From assembly GCA_951406725.2 (NCBI GenBank), contig OX597838.1, positions 26,226,001 to 26,290,000 of the forward strand: a DNA stretch of 64,000 nt, written 5' to 3'. The translations under genes and the position numbers were made by a program. Shown one piece after another: positions 1 to 11,965 of the stretch. Source of the DNA: Octopus vulgaris. Its lineage: Eukaryota. The notes beneath the pieces are model-generated. The model searched no databases. It worked only from the letters and a program-made list of their open reading frames with translations, and was not told the origin of the DNA. Each line of letters opens with the position of its first letter. Position 1 is the first letter of the stretch.

Positions 1-213
1 CCTCCATCGATTCATTTGCTATTTTTGTTTTAAGTGAAATAACACGGTATTGTTTGCAATATGGTCGTCCTCTCTCTTTCTCTTTTTTTCTCTCTCTCTC
101 TCCCTCTTATTACACCGACGGACTTGGTCTATATCTCATTCTGACGCGCGTGCGCATTTGTGTATACGGGTGTATATATATATATATATAAGGGACAAAC
201 AAACAGACAGACT

Positions 214-214
<1 letters not shown>

Positions 215-276
<62 letters not shown>

Positions 277-340
277 TGACAGACAGACAGGCAGATAGAC
301 AGGCGGATAGATAGACAGAGACATGTAGGTAGGTAGGTAA

Positions 341-421
<81 letters not shown>

Positions 422-515
422 CAGACTGACAGACAGGCGGATAGATAGACAGACAGACAGGTAGGTATGTAGATAGATATAGATAGATAGACAGATAGAC
501 AGGTAGGTAGGTATG

Positions 516-570
<55 letters not shown>

Positions 571-587
571 GTAGGTAGGTAGGTAGG

Positions 588-622
<35 letters not shown>

Positions 623-623
623 G

Positions 624-680
<57 letters not shown>
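215..680. repeat. (GATA)n/(GACA)n/(GGTA)n compound microsatellite
   Basis: Directly visible tetranucleotide runs; accounts for the 'IYLS' pseudo-ORFs. Confidence 0.97.
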
Positions 681-910
681 CTCATATTTTTTCGGGTCGT
701 TTCCTTCCATCTCTCTACAACACCATATTCCACCTTTTCCTACCGAATCTGCGATGGCTCTATACGGAGAGGATGCTTCACATTTCTTTCGTCTTCAACA
801 CTAATGAGTATACTTGACCTACGAAACGTTAATTAATCCTTGAAGCAATTTTAATTAGATATTCAATATTCATTTTAATATCTACCACCGTTAATTGTAT
901 TGTTCTTCAT

Positions 911-943
<33 letters not shown>

Positions 944-983
944 AAGAATGCATGTACATATGTGTATGTGTGTGTGTGTGTGT

Positions 984-1211
984 ACTCTTTTACTTGTTTC
1001 AGTCATGTTGACTGTGGCCATGCTGGAGCACCACCTTTTAGTCGAACAAATCGACCCCAGAACTTATTGTGTGTAAGCGTAGTACTTATTCTATCGGACT
1101 CTTTTGCCAAACCGCTAAGTTACGGGGACGTAAACACACCACCATCGGTTGGCAAGCGATGGTGGGAGGGGCGACAAACACAGGTACACAAAATTATACA
1201 CACACACACAC

Positions 1212-1252
<41 letters not shown>

Positions 1253-1416
1253 CGACGGGCTTCTTTCAGTTTCCGTCTATTAAATTTACTCACAAAGCTT
1301 TGGTTGGCCTGAGGCAATAGTAGAAGACACTTACCCAAGGTGCCACGCAGTGGGACTAAATCCAGAACCATGTGGTTGGGAAGTAAGCTACTTACCACAC
1401 AGCCACTCCTGGGCCT
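984..1416 (-). mobile_element. SINE family A, full-length copy (tRNA-like head, central TA/CA microsatellite)
   Basis: Reverse complement matches the copies at 7110, 50746 and 58902: head GG(C/G)..AGGAGTGGCTGTGTGGTAAG, B-box-like GGTTCAGTCCC in the better copies, tail GACTGAAACAAGTAAAAGAG. Confidence 0.92.
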
Positions 1417-1654
1417 ATATGTGCGTATATATAAAGGTATACTTCAGTTTACGTTGGGAATCTGTTTCCAGATATGCGACTTAACTCGAAAAGAGGCATA
1501 ATTTGAAGAAACATTTTGCACAAAATATTAGCCTGCTAGTAAGACCTGTGTAAATTCCACGGAATGGAAAAAAATTAAGAGGACCTATTTAAGAAGGACA
1601 GGTTGATTTGCATTTTTATAGCATTCTTAGTTTAGCTTTCTTTAAATATCCTTT

Positions 1655-1983
1655 ATGGCTCAGTGGTTAGAGCGTCGAGCTTACGATCGTGAGGTTGTGT
1701 GCTCGAATCCCGGACCGGGCTGCGTGTTGTGTTCTTGAGCAAGACACTTTATTTCACGTGCTCCAGTTAACTCAGCTGTAGAAACGAGTTGCGATGTCAC
1801 AGGTGCCAAGCTGTATCGACCTTTGTCTTTCCATTGAATAACACTGGTGGCGTGGAGAGGGGAGGCCGGTATGCATGGGCGACTGCTGGTCTTCCATAAA
1901 CCACCTTGCCCAGACTTATGACTAGGAGGGTAACTTTCTAGGTGCAATCCCATGGTCAGTGTCGTGACCGACGGGGGTCCCCT
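1655..1983 (+). mobile_element. SINE family C (tRNA head plus CORE-like domain)
   Basis: A-box TGGCTCAGTGG, B-box-like GCTCGAATCC, then CTTGAGCAAGACACTT...CTCAGCTGTAGAAA resembling the CORE-SINE domain; relatives at 35665 and 50090. Confidence 0.8.
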
Positions 1984-2276
1984 GATATCTACATTCATTT
2001 CCTCTCATCTCCGTCGGTGTTGTCTTTCCCCTCTTTATTATATCTTCTTGCTGTTCCTCTCTGATCCATGCTCTATATCTGAACATCGTTTCTCAGGTAG
2101 CTTGCAATGATATTTCTTGTGAATCCAGAGTTTGGGCTAAATTAACCCTTATAAACAAATATTTTTTAAAGCGAGCAGACGATAACTAATTGCACTTACG
2201 CGCATTCAAGCGATGGTCGCTATAAAAAAAACATACTTTTCACTGTCAACACTCCACCACCACCACCGCTTTCTGC

Positions 2277-2323
<47 letters not shown>

Positions 2324-2729
2324 AATACAACTGTCTTTCCTCTCCATCTCTATCTACTTTTCCTTTCAGCTAACTTTTTAACCACGTAATAAGTATTCCA
2401 TCCCCACCCCACCACACGTCGTTAACACTTCTCTCTCCCTCTTTTTCTCTGCTCGTCTTTTTCTCTCTCGTTCTTCGCTTCTACCTTCAGCTGACCACGT
2501 GACGCACTTGGCCTAAGTGTATTAATATTAATCACCTTTCTCTACTCGTCTTCCTCTCTTCTTTCTTCCCTCCTTCCTCTCTTTCTCTCTCTCTCTCTCA
2601 CTCACTCACTCACTCTTACTCCTCCTGTCACTCACTCCACCTCCACCTCTCTAACTAATGTGTAACGGACGAACAAACAAACCAATAATTATGTCGATAT
2701 CTCGTTTAATAAATGGTTTGCACATATTT

Positions 2730-4263
2730 AAGGCGGAGAGCTGGCAGAATCGTTAGCACGCCGGGCGAAATGCTTAGCGGTATTTCGTCTGCCGTTACGT
2801 TCTGAGTTCAAATTCCGCCGAGGTCGACTTTGCCTTTCATCCTTTCGGGGTCGATAAATTAAGTACCAGTTACGCACTGGGGTCGATGTAATCGACTTAA
2901 TACCTATGTCTGTCCTTGTTTGTCCCCTCTGTGTTTAGCCCCTTGTGGGTAATAAAGAAATAGGTATTTCGTCTGCCGTTACGTTGTGAGTTCAAATTCC
3001 GCCGAGGGCGACTTTGCCTTTCATCCTTTCGGGGTCGATAAATTAAGTACCAGTTACGCACTAGGGTCGATGTAATCGACTTAATACCTATGTCTGTCCT
3101 TGTTTGTCCCCTCTGTGTTTAGCCCCTTGTGGGTAATAAAGAAATAGGTATTTCGTCTGCCGCTACGTTGTTTGTTCAAATTCCGCCGAGGTCGACTTTG
3201 CCTTTCATCCTTTCGGGGTCGATAAATTAAGTACCAGTTACGCACTGGGGTCGATGTAATCGACTTAATACCTATGTCTGTCCTTGTTTGTCCCCTCTGT
3301 GTTTAGCCCCTTGTGGGTAATAAAGAAATAGGTATTTCGTCTGCCGCTACGTTGTTTGTTCAAATTCCGCCGAGGTCGACTTTGCCTTTCATCCTTTCGG
3401 GGTCGATAAATTAAGTACCAGTTACGCACTGGGGTCGATGTAATCGACTTAATACCTATGTCTGTCCTTGTTTGTCCCCTCTGTGTTTAGCCCCTTGTGG
3501 GTAATAAAGAAATAGGTATTTCGTCTGCCGCTACGTTGTGAGTTCAAATTCCGCCGAGGTCGACTTTGCCTTTCATCCTTTCGGGGTCGATAAATTAAGT
3601 ACCAGTTACGCACTGGGGTCGATGTAATCGACTTAATACCTATGTCTGTCCTTGTTTGTCCCCTCTGTGTTTAGCCCCTTGTGGGTAATAAAGAAATAGG
3701 TATTTCGTCTGCCGCTACGTTGTGAGTTCAAATTCCGCCGAGGTCGACTTTGCCTTTCATCCTTTCGGGGTCGATAAATTAAGTACCAGTTACGCACTGG
3801 GGTCGATGTAATCGACTTAATACCTATGTCTGTCCTTGTTTGTCCCCTCTGTGTTTAGCCCCTTGTGGGTAATAAAGAAATAGGTATTTCGTCTGCCGCT
3901 ACGTTGTGAGTTCAAATTCCGCCGAGGTCGACTTTGCCTTTCATCCTTTCGGGGTCGATAAATTAAGTACCAGTTACGCACTGAGGTCGATGTAATCGAC
4001 TTAATCCCTTTATCTGTCCTTGTTTGTCCCCTCTGTGTTTAGCCCCTTGTGGGTAATAAAGAAATAGAAATAGGTATTTCGTCTGCCGTTACGTTCTGAG
4101 TTCAAATTCCGCCGAGGTCGACTTTGCCTTTCATCCTTTCGGGGTCGATAAATTAAGTACCAGTTACGCGCTGGGGGTCGATGTAATCGACTTAATACCT
4201 ATGTCTGTCCTTGTTTGTCCCCTCTGTGTTTAGCCCCTTGTGGGTAATAAAGAAATAGAAATA
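2730..4263 (+). mobile_element. SINE family B tandem array: one head plus 8 units of 184-190 bp, bounded by a 15-bp TSD
   Basis: Units start at 2781, 2965, 3149, 3333, 3517, 3701, 3885 and 4075. GGTTTGCACATATTT occurs at 2715-2729 and 4264-4278. The central GACTTTGCCTTTCATCCTTTCGGGGTCGATAAATTAAGTACCAG resembles the Meta/MESC SINE domain (from memory). Confidence 0.95.
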
Positions 4264-4471
4264 GGTTTGCACATATTTTCACATGTACTCATCTGAGTTT
4301 CCCACTTCTGTACAGGTTCGTAGGTGTTTATGTTTTGCAATCATGCTTTTAAGTATATTAGCTGAGACTGTCAAGTGAGATAAACCGACTGAAGCTGGGG
4401 TTTATTTATTACTTTTTTCCCCATTAATTTCCTTAACACAAAAACGATGCTAATGTGTAAAAGACATCTCG

Positions 4472-4721
4472 AACCACATGGTTCTGGGATCAGTCTCACT
4501 GCGTGGCACCTTGGGCAAGTGTCTTCTACCATAGTCTCGGACCGACCAAAGTCTTGTAAGTGGATTTGGTAAACGGAAACTCAGAGAAGCCCGTCGTGTG
4601 TATATATATATATGTGTGTGTGTGCATGTGTGCGTTGTATGTGTGTGTGTCTTTGGGTCTGTGTTTGTCCCCGTCACCGCTTGACATCCGGTGTTGGTGT
4701 GTTTACGTCGCTGTAACTTAT
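4472..4721 (+). mobile_element. SINE A, 5' and central part, 3' end missing
   Basis: Matches family A from AACCACATGGTTC to GTAACTTA. Confidence 0.88.
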
Positions 4722-4756
4722 ATATACAGTAATCCCTTGCCATATCACGGTTCACC

Positions 4757-5040
4757 TGCATCGGTTGTCAAGCAATGTTGGGGGGTGGGACAAACACAGA
4801 CGCACATACATACATACATACATACATACATACATACACATACATACATACATACATACATACATACATACATACATACATACATACGACGGGCTCGTTT
4901 CAGTTTCCCGTCTACCAAATCAAATCCACTCACAAGGCTTTGATCGGCCCGAGGCCATAGTAGAAGTCACCTGCCCAAGGTGCCACGCAGTGGAACTGAA
5001 CCTAGAACCATATAGTTGGTAAGCAAGCTACTTACCACAC
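4757..5040 (-). mobile_element. SINE A, 5' and central part, inverted relative to the preceding copy
   Basis: GCATCGGTTGTCAAGC...CAAGCTACTTACCACAC is the reverse complement of family A. Confidence 0.88.
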
Positions 5041-5048
5041 ACACACAT

Positions 5049-5102
<54 letters not shown>

Positions 5103-5103
5103 T

Positions 5104-5755
5104 AATTATTAGTGACGGAAGCAGTCTTAACACCAAAAGTTAAGCTAGTTAAATCCAATGTAACAAGGGTGTCTTGTTGAAACACCGAATACTGCCTTAT
5201 TTGGCTTGGGAGATCCTCTCTTCTACACGCTTTGAGCATGAAACCATACACAAAGATCATGGACGCATCAGTGGGTGGCATCCGGTCACCGCATGCTAGT
5301 CAAATCTCGCTGCCACGATGTGTAGAATACCAGCATCTTTTCAGACATTGGTATTGCAAATAGCTAGCAGCGGGTTTATCAAAAATAGCTATTAGCGACA
5401 GAAGCAGTATTAATATAAATGTTGGATGTAAAGATTACATTCTGGCGTTAATACTGTTTCTGCCGTTAATAATTTGTTCTGAATAAACCTGCAGGCTATT
5501 TTCGATATTAATGTCCTGAAGAGATATTGATATTCTGCATATCGTAGCAGTGAGATTTGACTCGCGTGCTGTGACCGGATGCCTCCCACTGATTATTTCC
5601 ACTAGAATGACATCACGTGATATGGGAGTTCAGGCTTCCACAACAGACGATCCTCGCCTAATACGATCTCTATGTGTGTTTTTCTGAACTAAGCACCCAT
5701 ATGAGAGGATCCCTCAAGGCTAATACCGCAGTATTCGGTGTCCTAACAAGACGTC
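5104..5755. repeat. Degenerate foldback element with long inverted arms
   Basis: GTCTTGTTGAAACACCGAATACTGC (~5171) pairs with GCAGTATTCGGTGTCCTAACAAGAC (~5728-5752). ATCAGTGGGTGGCATCCGGTCAC pairs with GTGACCGGATGCCTCCCACTGAT. Confidence 0.8.
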
Positions 5756-5801
5756 CGTCTTAATCAAGGTAGAAAATACTAAAATAATTTTATAAAAAAC
5801 A

Positions 5802-5843
5802 TTTCAGTACCGGTTTCAGCCATTGAGACTTTGTCAACTGTAA
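5802..5843 (-). ncRNA. Minimal type-I hammerhead ribozyme motif, U3-A8 variant
   Basis: Minus strand reads CAG-UUGACAA-AGUC ucaau GGCU-GAAA-CCGG-UA-CUG. It lies in a repeat (5765-5980) homologous to 59328-59560. Confidence 0.7.
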
Positions 5844-6201
5844 GTATGGAAAACAATTAAATTTTGGAAAAATTAAAAGAAAAGTTTTTTTAAAAGAATA
5901 TTTGTATAGTGTTCAAATACAAGTGGAATTTTCCTTGTTTCTGTCTCTCTTGTTTACCCTTGTGGGTCCGAGGCCGTTGTGAATTCTTGGTAGGGAAGAA
6001 GAAGAAGATGAAGAAGAAGAAGAAGAAGAAGAAGAAGGAGGAGGAGGAGGAGGAGGAGACGAAGAAGAAGAATGCGTGAGTGCCATGATAGTAGTATGTT
6101 AAATGGTCAAGTGTCCTGGAAATCACTCGTTTTGGATGGTAGTAGTGATTGAATTCCTGAAACATCTCTTTTGAATGTTTTGTTTACATAACCCTCCAAT
6201 G

Positions 6202-6271
<70 letters not shown>

Positions 6272-6274
6272 CAA

Positions 6275-6425
6275 TTAAATAAATATAAATAGTTCTCAAC
6301 AAAAGGCGAAAACAGGTGTAGAAACAACAAGCAGGTGTATTAGAATTAGTTTAACGCTCGCGAGGAATGGAAAAGAATTTTACGTTTCGAGCCTACGCTC
6401 TTCGATAAGAAAAAAATGGAGAAAG
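6275..6425 (-). mobile_element. Penelope-like pLTR-type fragment with decayed hammerhead half
   Basis: Minus strand GAAGAGCGTAGGCTCGAAACGTAAAA has stem II plus GAAACGUA but no CUGA; related to 21790-21970. Confidence 0.45.
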
Positions 6426-7109
6426 AAAAATGTATATAAATATAGATATAAACGCACATATATTAAGATACATGGCGTCCGAAAATTGTTTAAGCGTTCG
6501 TGAAAGCGTAAGTTTTGTTGTATTTCTTTCTGATCAGGGTGTAGATGGGAATTTTAAAAAAGGGTGGTGTACATGAATAAATATCAGATAAAGAAGAAAA
6601 AAGAACCCGTTCGCTTTATTTTATTATATCAAAGCCGCGACCACTACCATAACCACCATGTCCACCGTACCACATTTTCGGTCACAAGTTAAAATAACTT
6701 CAGCCGAAGGAACACAAGGCCACATTTTACGCAACTAAACACAGCAAACTCACATATACACCTATATAGATTCGTATATAACACGTGTCTAATTATATAT
6801 ACGAATACGTTACGAATACGTTTGTGGGATCCCCCATAAATACACAAACACACACACATACAGATACACAAATATACACACGCACACATACAAACACACA
6901 CTCTTGCATACATATGCGCATGCATAATATAAATACATGCAAATGTAAACGTTTTTGAAATGTATCGGTATATTCTCAAGTTAAGCACAAATACGTGATC
7001 GAGATTCTATTAGAATTCACGCTCATGAAAGGAAATACTCACACACACACACACACATATGTATACATATACATATGGATATATACGTATACATACATAT
7101 ATATGTATA

Positions 7110-7272
7110 AGGCGTAGGAGTGGCTGTGTTGTGAGTAGCTTGCTTACCAACCACATGGTTCCGGGTTCAGTCCCATTGCGTGGCACCTTGGGCAAGTGTC
7201 TTCTGCTATTGCCTCGGGCCGACCAAAGCCTTGTGAGTGGATTTGGTAGACGGAAACTGAAAGACACCCGTC

Positions 7273-7345
<73 letters not shown>

Positions 7346-7560
7346 CATATATGTATGTACGTGTGTTTGTACGTATATGTTTGTGTCTGTGTTTGTCCCC
7401 CCAACATCGCTTGACAACCGATGCTGGTGTGTTTACGTCCCCGTAACTTGGCGGTTCGGCCTAAGAGACCGATACAATAAGTACTAGGCTTACAAAGAAT
7501 AAGTCCTAAAGATGGTGGTCCAGCATGGCCACAGTCAAATGACTGAAACAAGTAAAAGAG
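7110..7560 (+). mobile_element. SINE A, near full-length
   Basis: GGCGTAGGAGTGGCTGTG head through GAAACAAGTAAAAGAG tail, with central (TA)n. Confidence 0.93.
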
Positions 7561-7561
7561 A

Positions 7562-7610
<49 letters not shown>

Positions 7611-7624
7611 TAATAAGTATACAT

Positions 7625-7675
<51 letters not shown>

Positions 7676-8089
7676 TTCAGTTTTATTTCAAGATTTCTTG
7701 CCAATAGAGAAGCAGTCAGTTTCTAACCTCGATCCAAGTCTCCTTCATTGGAATTTCAATAACATCAACAGGGTATTGTTCTATGTATATATGTATGTAC
7801 GTACGTGCGTTTGTACTTATCATAAGCCAATGGAGTGCAGGTGTAAAATGCGGAGACCACATGTAAAAAGAAAAACAAATACAAAAATTGTCAAGAACGA
7901 AAAAAACAAGCAGGAATTTTAACGCTAACAATATAACGAGAGATCGTTAGACAAAGCTAGTTTTTGTTATTAAAATGAAAACTAAGGGACGCTAACAAAG
8001 CCAGCATATATTATTATTATGCAGTGTAAGATTTGCAAGGAAGATTATTCTCACGCTAACATACCCCACAGTGAATAGTCAGTATTGCC

Positions 8090-8487
8090 TTGTGGAGGCG
8101 CAATGGCCCAGTGGTTATGGCAGCGGACTCGCGGTCATAGGATCGCGGTTTCGATTCCCAGACCAGGCGTTGTGAGTGTTTATTGAGCGAAAACACCTAA
8201 AGCTCCACGAGGCTCCGGCAGGGGATGGTGGTGATCCCTGCTGTACTCTTTCATCACAACTTTCTCTCACTCTTACTTCCTGTTTCTGTTGTTGTACCTG
8301 TATTTCAAAGGGCCGGCCTTGTCACTCTCTGTGTCACGCTGAATATCCCCGAGAACTACGTTAAGGGTACACGTGTCTGTGGAGTGCTCAGCCACTTACA
8401 CTTTAATTTCACGAGCAGGCTGTTCCGTTGATTCGGATCAACCGGAACCCTCATCGTCGTAACCGACGGAGTGCTTCCTTTCCTTTA
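8090..8487 (+). mobile_element. SINE family D, full-length, tRNA-derived
   Basis: A-box TGGCCCAGTGG, B-box GTTTCGATTCC. TSD AGTC(A/G)GTATTGCC at 8077-8089 and 8488-8500. Near-identical copy at 18542. Confidence 0.93.
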
Positions 8488-8885
8488 AGTCGGTATTGCC
8501 AAAAAAATTCTCAAAGCTTCACCGGACAGTTGAAGAAGGAAGCATTTGTTCTCTTTTGTCATTTTCGGTTTTTTATTTTCTGAGCATAAAACTGTAGGAG
8601 ATTTCCAAGTCAAAACCGGCGTAATTTCCTTAATCTGTTTTCTGTTTTCTTTCTGTTTAAAAAAAATTTTTTTTTCACATGCGATAAAATACTTCAGATT
8701 TTGAGGTAACACCTGGTGTTATTATGTGTATTAAATCGTAATTATTCAAAAATGTGTTAACATATTTTATTCGGTGTATTTATAGACAAGCTCTTGAAAA
8801 CATACCTCACTTGGGAAAATCGATAATCGTAAATGAAATATGTAATTTGTAACACTCATTTATAGACAATATTTACCTGACTGTG

Positions 8886-9090
8886 AGGCGGCGAGCTGGT
8901 AGAAACGTTAGCACGCCGGGCGATTCCGTCTGTCTTTACGTTCTGAGTTCAAATTCCGCCGAGGTCGACTTTGCCTTTCATCCTTTCGGGGTCGATAAAT
9001 TAAGTACCAGCTGCATACTGAGATCGATCTAATCGACCGACTCCTTTCCCCAAACTTTCGGGCCTTGGGTCTAGAGAAGAAAAAGAAAGA
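8886..9090 (+). mobile_element. SINE B monomer with alternative tail (CCCCAAA..TTCGGGCCTTG..CTAGA)
   Basis: Same head and core as the 2730 array; tail like that of the left unit at 49319. Confidence 0.88.
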
Positions 9091-9340
9091 AAAAAGAACG
9101 CGGTGGGGATGCCTCAAAGCGCGGGGTGTAAGAAAATGGTGGAATGTCGACGTCCATCGCTCCTGAATGGGATTTAGGGTAAGTTATCTCCCTTGTCTAT
9201 TTCTTTCTCGTGTTTCAACACCTGACACTTTGAGTAGGGTATCCCCACATAGCTAAATCTCGGCCTACCGGTGAACAGTCAGGGCATTGGCATCGAGTAT
9301 ATGTGATTGATAACGTCTATAACGTTTCTAATTCATATCT

Positions 9341-9395
<55 letters not shown>

Positions 9396-9479
9396 TATAT
9401 ATTGTATATTATATTAATTAATTTTATTTCTATGTTTTGGTTTATGTTTTTCACTGTTTGATATCTCTAAATTATCTAT

Positions 9480-9960
9480 TCCTACACCATGTAAATGTCT
9501 CATGTAGATGTCTCAGCCGTGGGTCATTGAAAACCAAGTTATTGCAGTACATGGTCCTTACACTCAATAGCATGGCTGAGACTTTTGGAACAGTGCAGTG
9601 ACGTCCAATTTGGGGGTTAGTTTAGCTCTTGAAGCCAAAATTGGTGCCAACCCCTCCAGGACCTTCCATTCAAATATCACTGCATACCTCTCCTGTATTC
9701 GCTCTAGGGAGAAGAGTCGTAGCTCTTACGGTCTCTCCCAGCGGCTCAGCTGTTCCATTGAGGTTACTTACCTGGTGTAGCACCGATGAACTGCCTCAAG
9801 TTCCTCTATTAATTTGACACTATAAAGTGACCCCAGCCGAGAGCAGTAACCCTGATGGATGAAGACAACTGTCCTCCATATCACCAGCATAGTCTCCTGG
9901 TCCCATGTTCTGAAAGTTCTCAGAATCCACCTGGCCATTCACCTACACATTGCCATCATC
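9480..9960 (-). mobile_element. CR1/L2-type LINE ORF2 C-terminal fragment (pseudogenic)
   Basis: My translation gives WILRTFRTWDQETMLVIWRTVV...LEAVHRCYTR*...LRLFSLERIQERYAVIFEWKVLEGL, the post-RT region pattern of CR1-group elements, with stops. Confidence 0.72.
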
Positions 9961-9974
9961 ATGGTGATGCTCAT

Positions 9975-10434
9975 GAAACGAGGCGTTGCTTTTGTGGAAA
10001 CTGGGCTCTCGGGGTAGTCATTGAGCTCTGCAGTAATTTTGGGAGCTCTACTTTTGTGATCCTTTCTAACAATTCGCGGAGTTTTGTTTCCACAAAAGGG
10101 TTTTTCCCTCTTTCTCAAAGGCTGTCGTTACTTTCGAGACAGTACTTCGATGCACCAAACATTTCGGCTATTTTCGTTACGCTAGCGCCTGCCATACGAG
10201 TACCAACAATTTGACCTCTTTGAAAGTCCGATAGATCTGTCATTTTAATGAATATGAATTTTAATTACCTTTTTCTGGTGGTATCTCAAAAGAAACTGCA
10301 ATTTTAGGAAAACATATTAAGCAATACTAATAATAAATCAAAAAGCATAAAAATAAACAAACTTTTGACGGTTTTATAGATATTGCAAATTTATGATGGT
10401 ATGATGCGAGGTGTTTTCATTATTTTGTCCAACC

Positions 10435-10437
<3 letters not shown>
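9975..10437 (-). mobile_element. Tc1-like transposon 5' fragment (TIR plus transposase N-terminus, frameshifted)
   Basis: ATG at 10243 gives MTDLSDFQRGQIVGTRMAGASVTKIAEMFG, then after frameshifts STVSKV and APKITAELN. TIR-like GGGGTTGGACAAAATAATGAAAACAC lies next to a TA run. Confidence 0.85.
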
Positions 10438-10469
<32 letters not shown>

Positions 10470-10480
<11 letters not shown>

Positions 10481-10866
10481 CCGAAGTTGTCTGTGTATGG
10501 CAGGTTTGGTAGCCTTTGGTAGCCTTCAACTAACACTATCTCCTCGGAGACCCTGCGGCGCAAGTTGACCAAAATTGAGAATATGATGGAAGAAGGCTTA
10601 CTCTTCCTTCCGTAGAAGAAAAAAATTCAAATCGGACCATGTTAACATCAAAAATTATTTACATAAAAAAGGTGCTTATTTTCTATGAAAATCCCTATTT
10701 TTTACGATTTTTTGACTGCTGTGTCGTCATTTTTCGGTGTATTTCAACCAGAAAAAATGTTCACTTAAAGAGAATAACAAGCTACATAATGCAAAAGTTT
10801 TACTTTTCAAAACTTTTAATTCTAAAGGGTCGAAACAAACCCGAGCAACGCCGAGCGATACTGCTA

Positions 10867-10867
<1 letters not shown>
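10470..10867 (+). mobile_element. Non-autonomous Helitron-like element
   Basis: Ends ACCCGAGCAACGCCGAGCGATACTGCTAG|T (subterminal hairpin plus CTAG), inserted in (TA)n; same 3' end as 46824. Confidence 0.75.
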
Positions 10868-10936
<69 letters not shown>

Positions 10937-10956
10937 GAAATATTAAAATTACTAAG

Positions 10957-11013
<57 letters not shown>

Positions 11014-11639
11014 GTATGTGTGTATAGATATATATGTATATATACATACACATGTTTAGACTCAAACACGCATGCACATATACGCACTCACGCACACACG
11101 TGCGCGTTTCTCAGTTCAAAGTAATTTCTAAAGTAAATATCTATTTGTTTCAACTCTCTCCTGTCATGTTATATAAGCCATAGCAAAAACTTCGAAAGTT
11201 TCTTTGGGCATTACAAGAATAATTGCTGGATGTTTCACCAACCTGGCATGGCATAATGGAATGGGAGACAGATGCGATTTGAGAATTCTGCACAAAAATG
11301 ACATTCTTCCTTGGCAAAGAAAGGAAATGGCTGATTAGGGGAGCATAGGAGAGAAATAGGATATTACATACTAAATAAGTATATATGTATATGCATGTAT
11401 GTATGTATGTATGTATGTATGTATGTATGTATGTATGTATGTATGTATGTATCTGCATTCGGTACGATTCGTTTATTTTTGGTAGTAATGACTTTGAAAG
11501 TCCCTCCTAGCATGTGGCATTTATATGTAATAATGCCCTCTATATAATATATATATATATATGCACATACATATACATACATATATATATCGATAGATAT
11601 AATTTTGTACATAAATGTTTGCACGTATATATATATATG

Positions 11640-11965
11640 TTATTTTGTTTATTTGCTTCAGTCATTTGACTGCAGCCATGCTGGAGCACCGCCTTTAGTT
11701 GAGCAACTCGACCCCAATACTTATTGTTTGTAAGCCTAGTACTTATCATATCGGTCTCTCTTGCCGAACCACTAAGTGACGGGGACGTAAACACACCAGC
11801 ATCGGTTGTCAAGCGGCGGTCTTCTTTCAGTTACCGTATACCAAATCCACTCACAAGGCTTAGGTCGGCCCGAGGCTATAGTAGAAGACACTTGACCAAG
11901 GTGCCACGCAGTGGGACTGAACCCGGAACCATGTGGTTGGTAAGCAAGCTACTTACCACACAGTC
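11640..11965 (-). mobile_element. SINE A copy lacking the central microsatellite block
   Basis: GTCAAGCGGCGG joins directly to TCTTCTTTCAG at ~11820. Confidence 0.88.

Noticed and set aside
2781-4263. CRISPR-like array
   Set aside because: Units repeat along their whole length with no unique spacers, there are no cas genes, and the unit is a dispersed SINE body.
8093-8170. Genuine tRNA genes at SINE heads (also 1655, 7110, 18850-18928, 50090)
   Set aside because: A/B boxes run into repeat bodies with tails and TSDs, and I could not close a proper cloverleaf acceptor stem.
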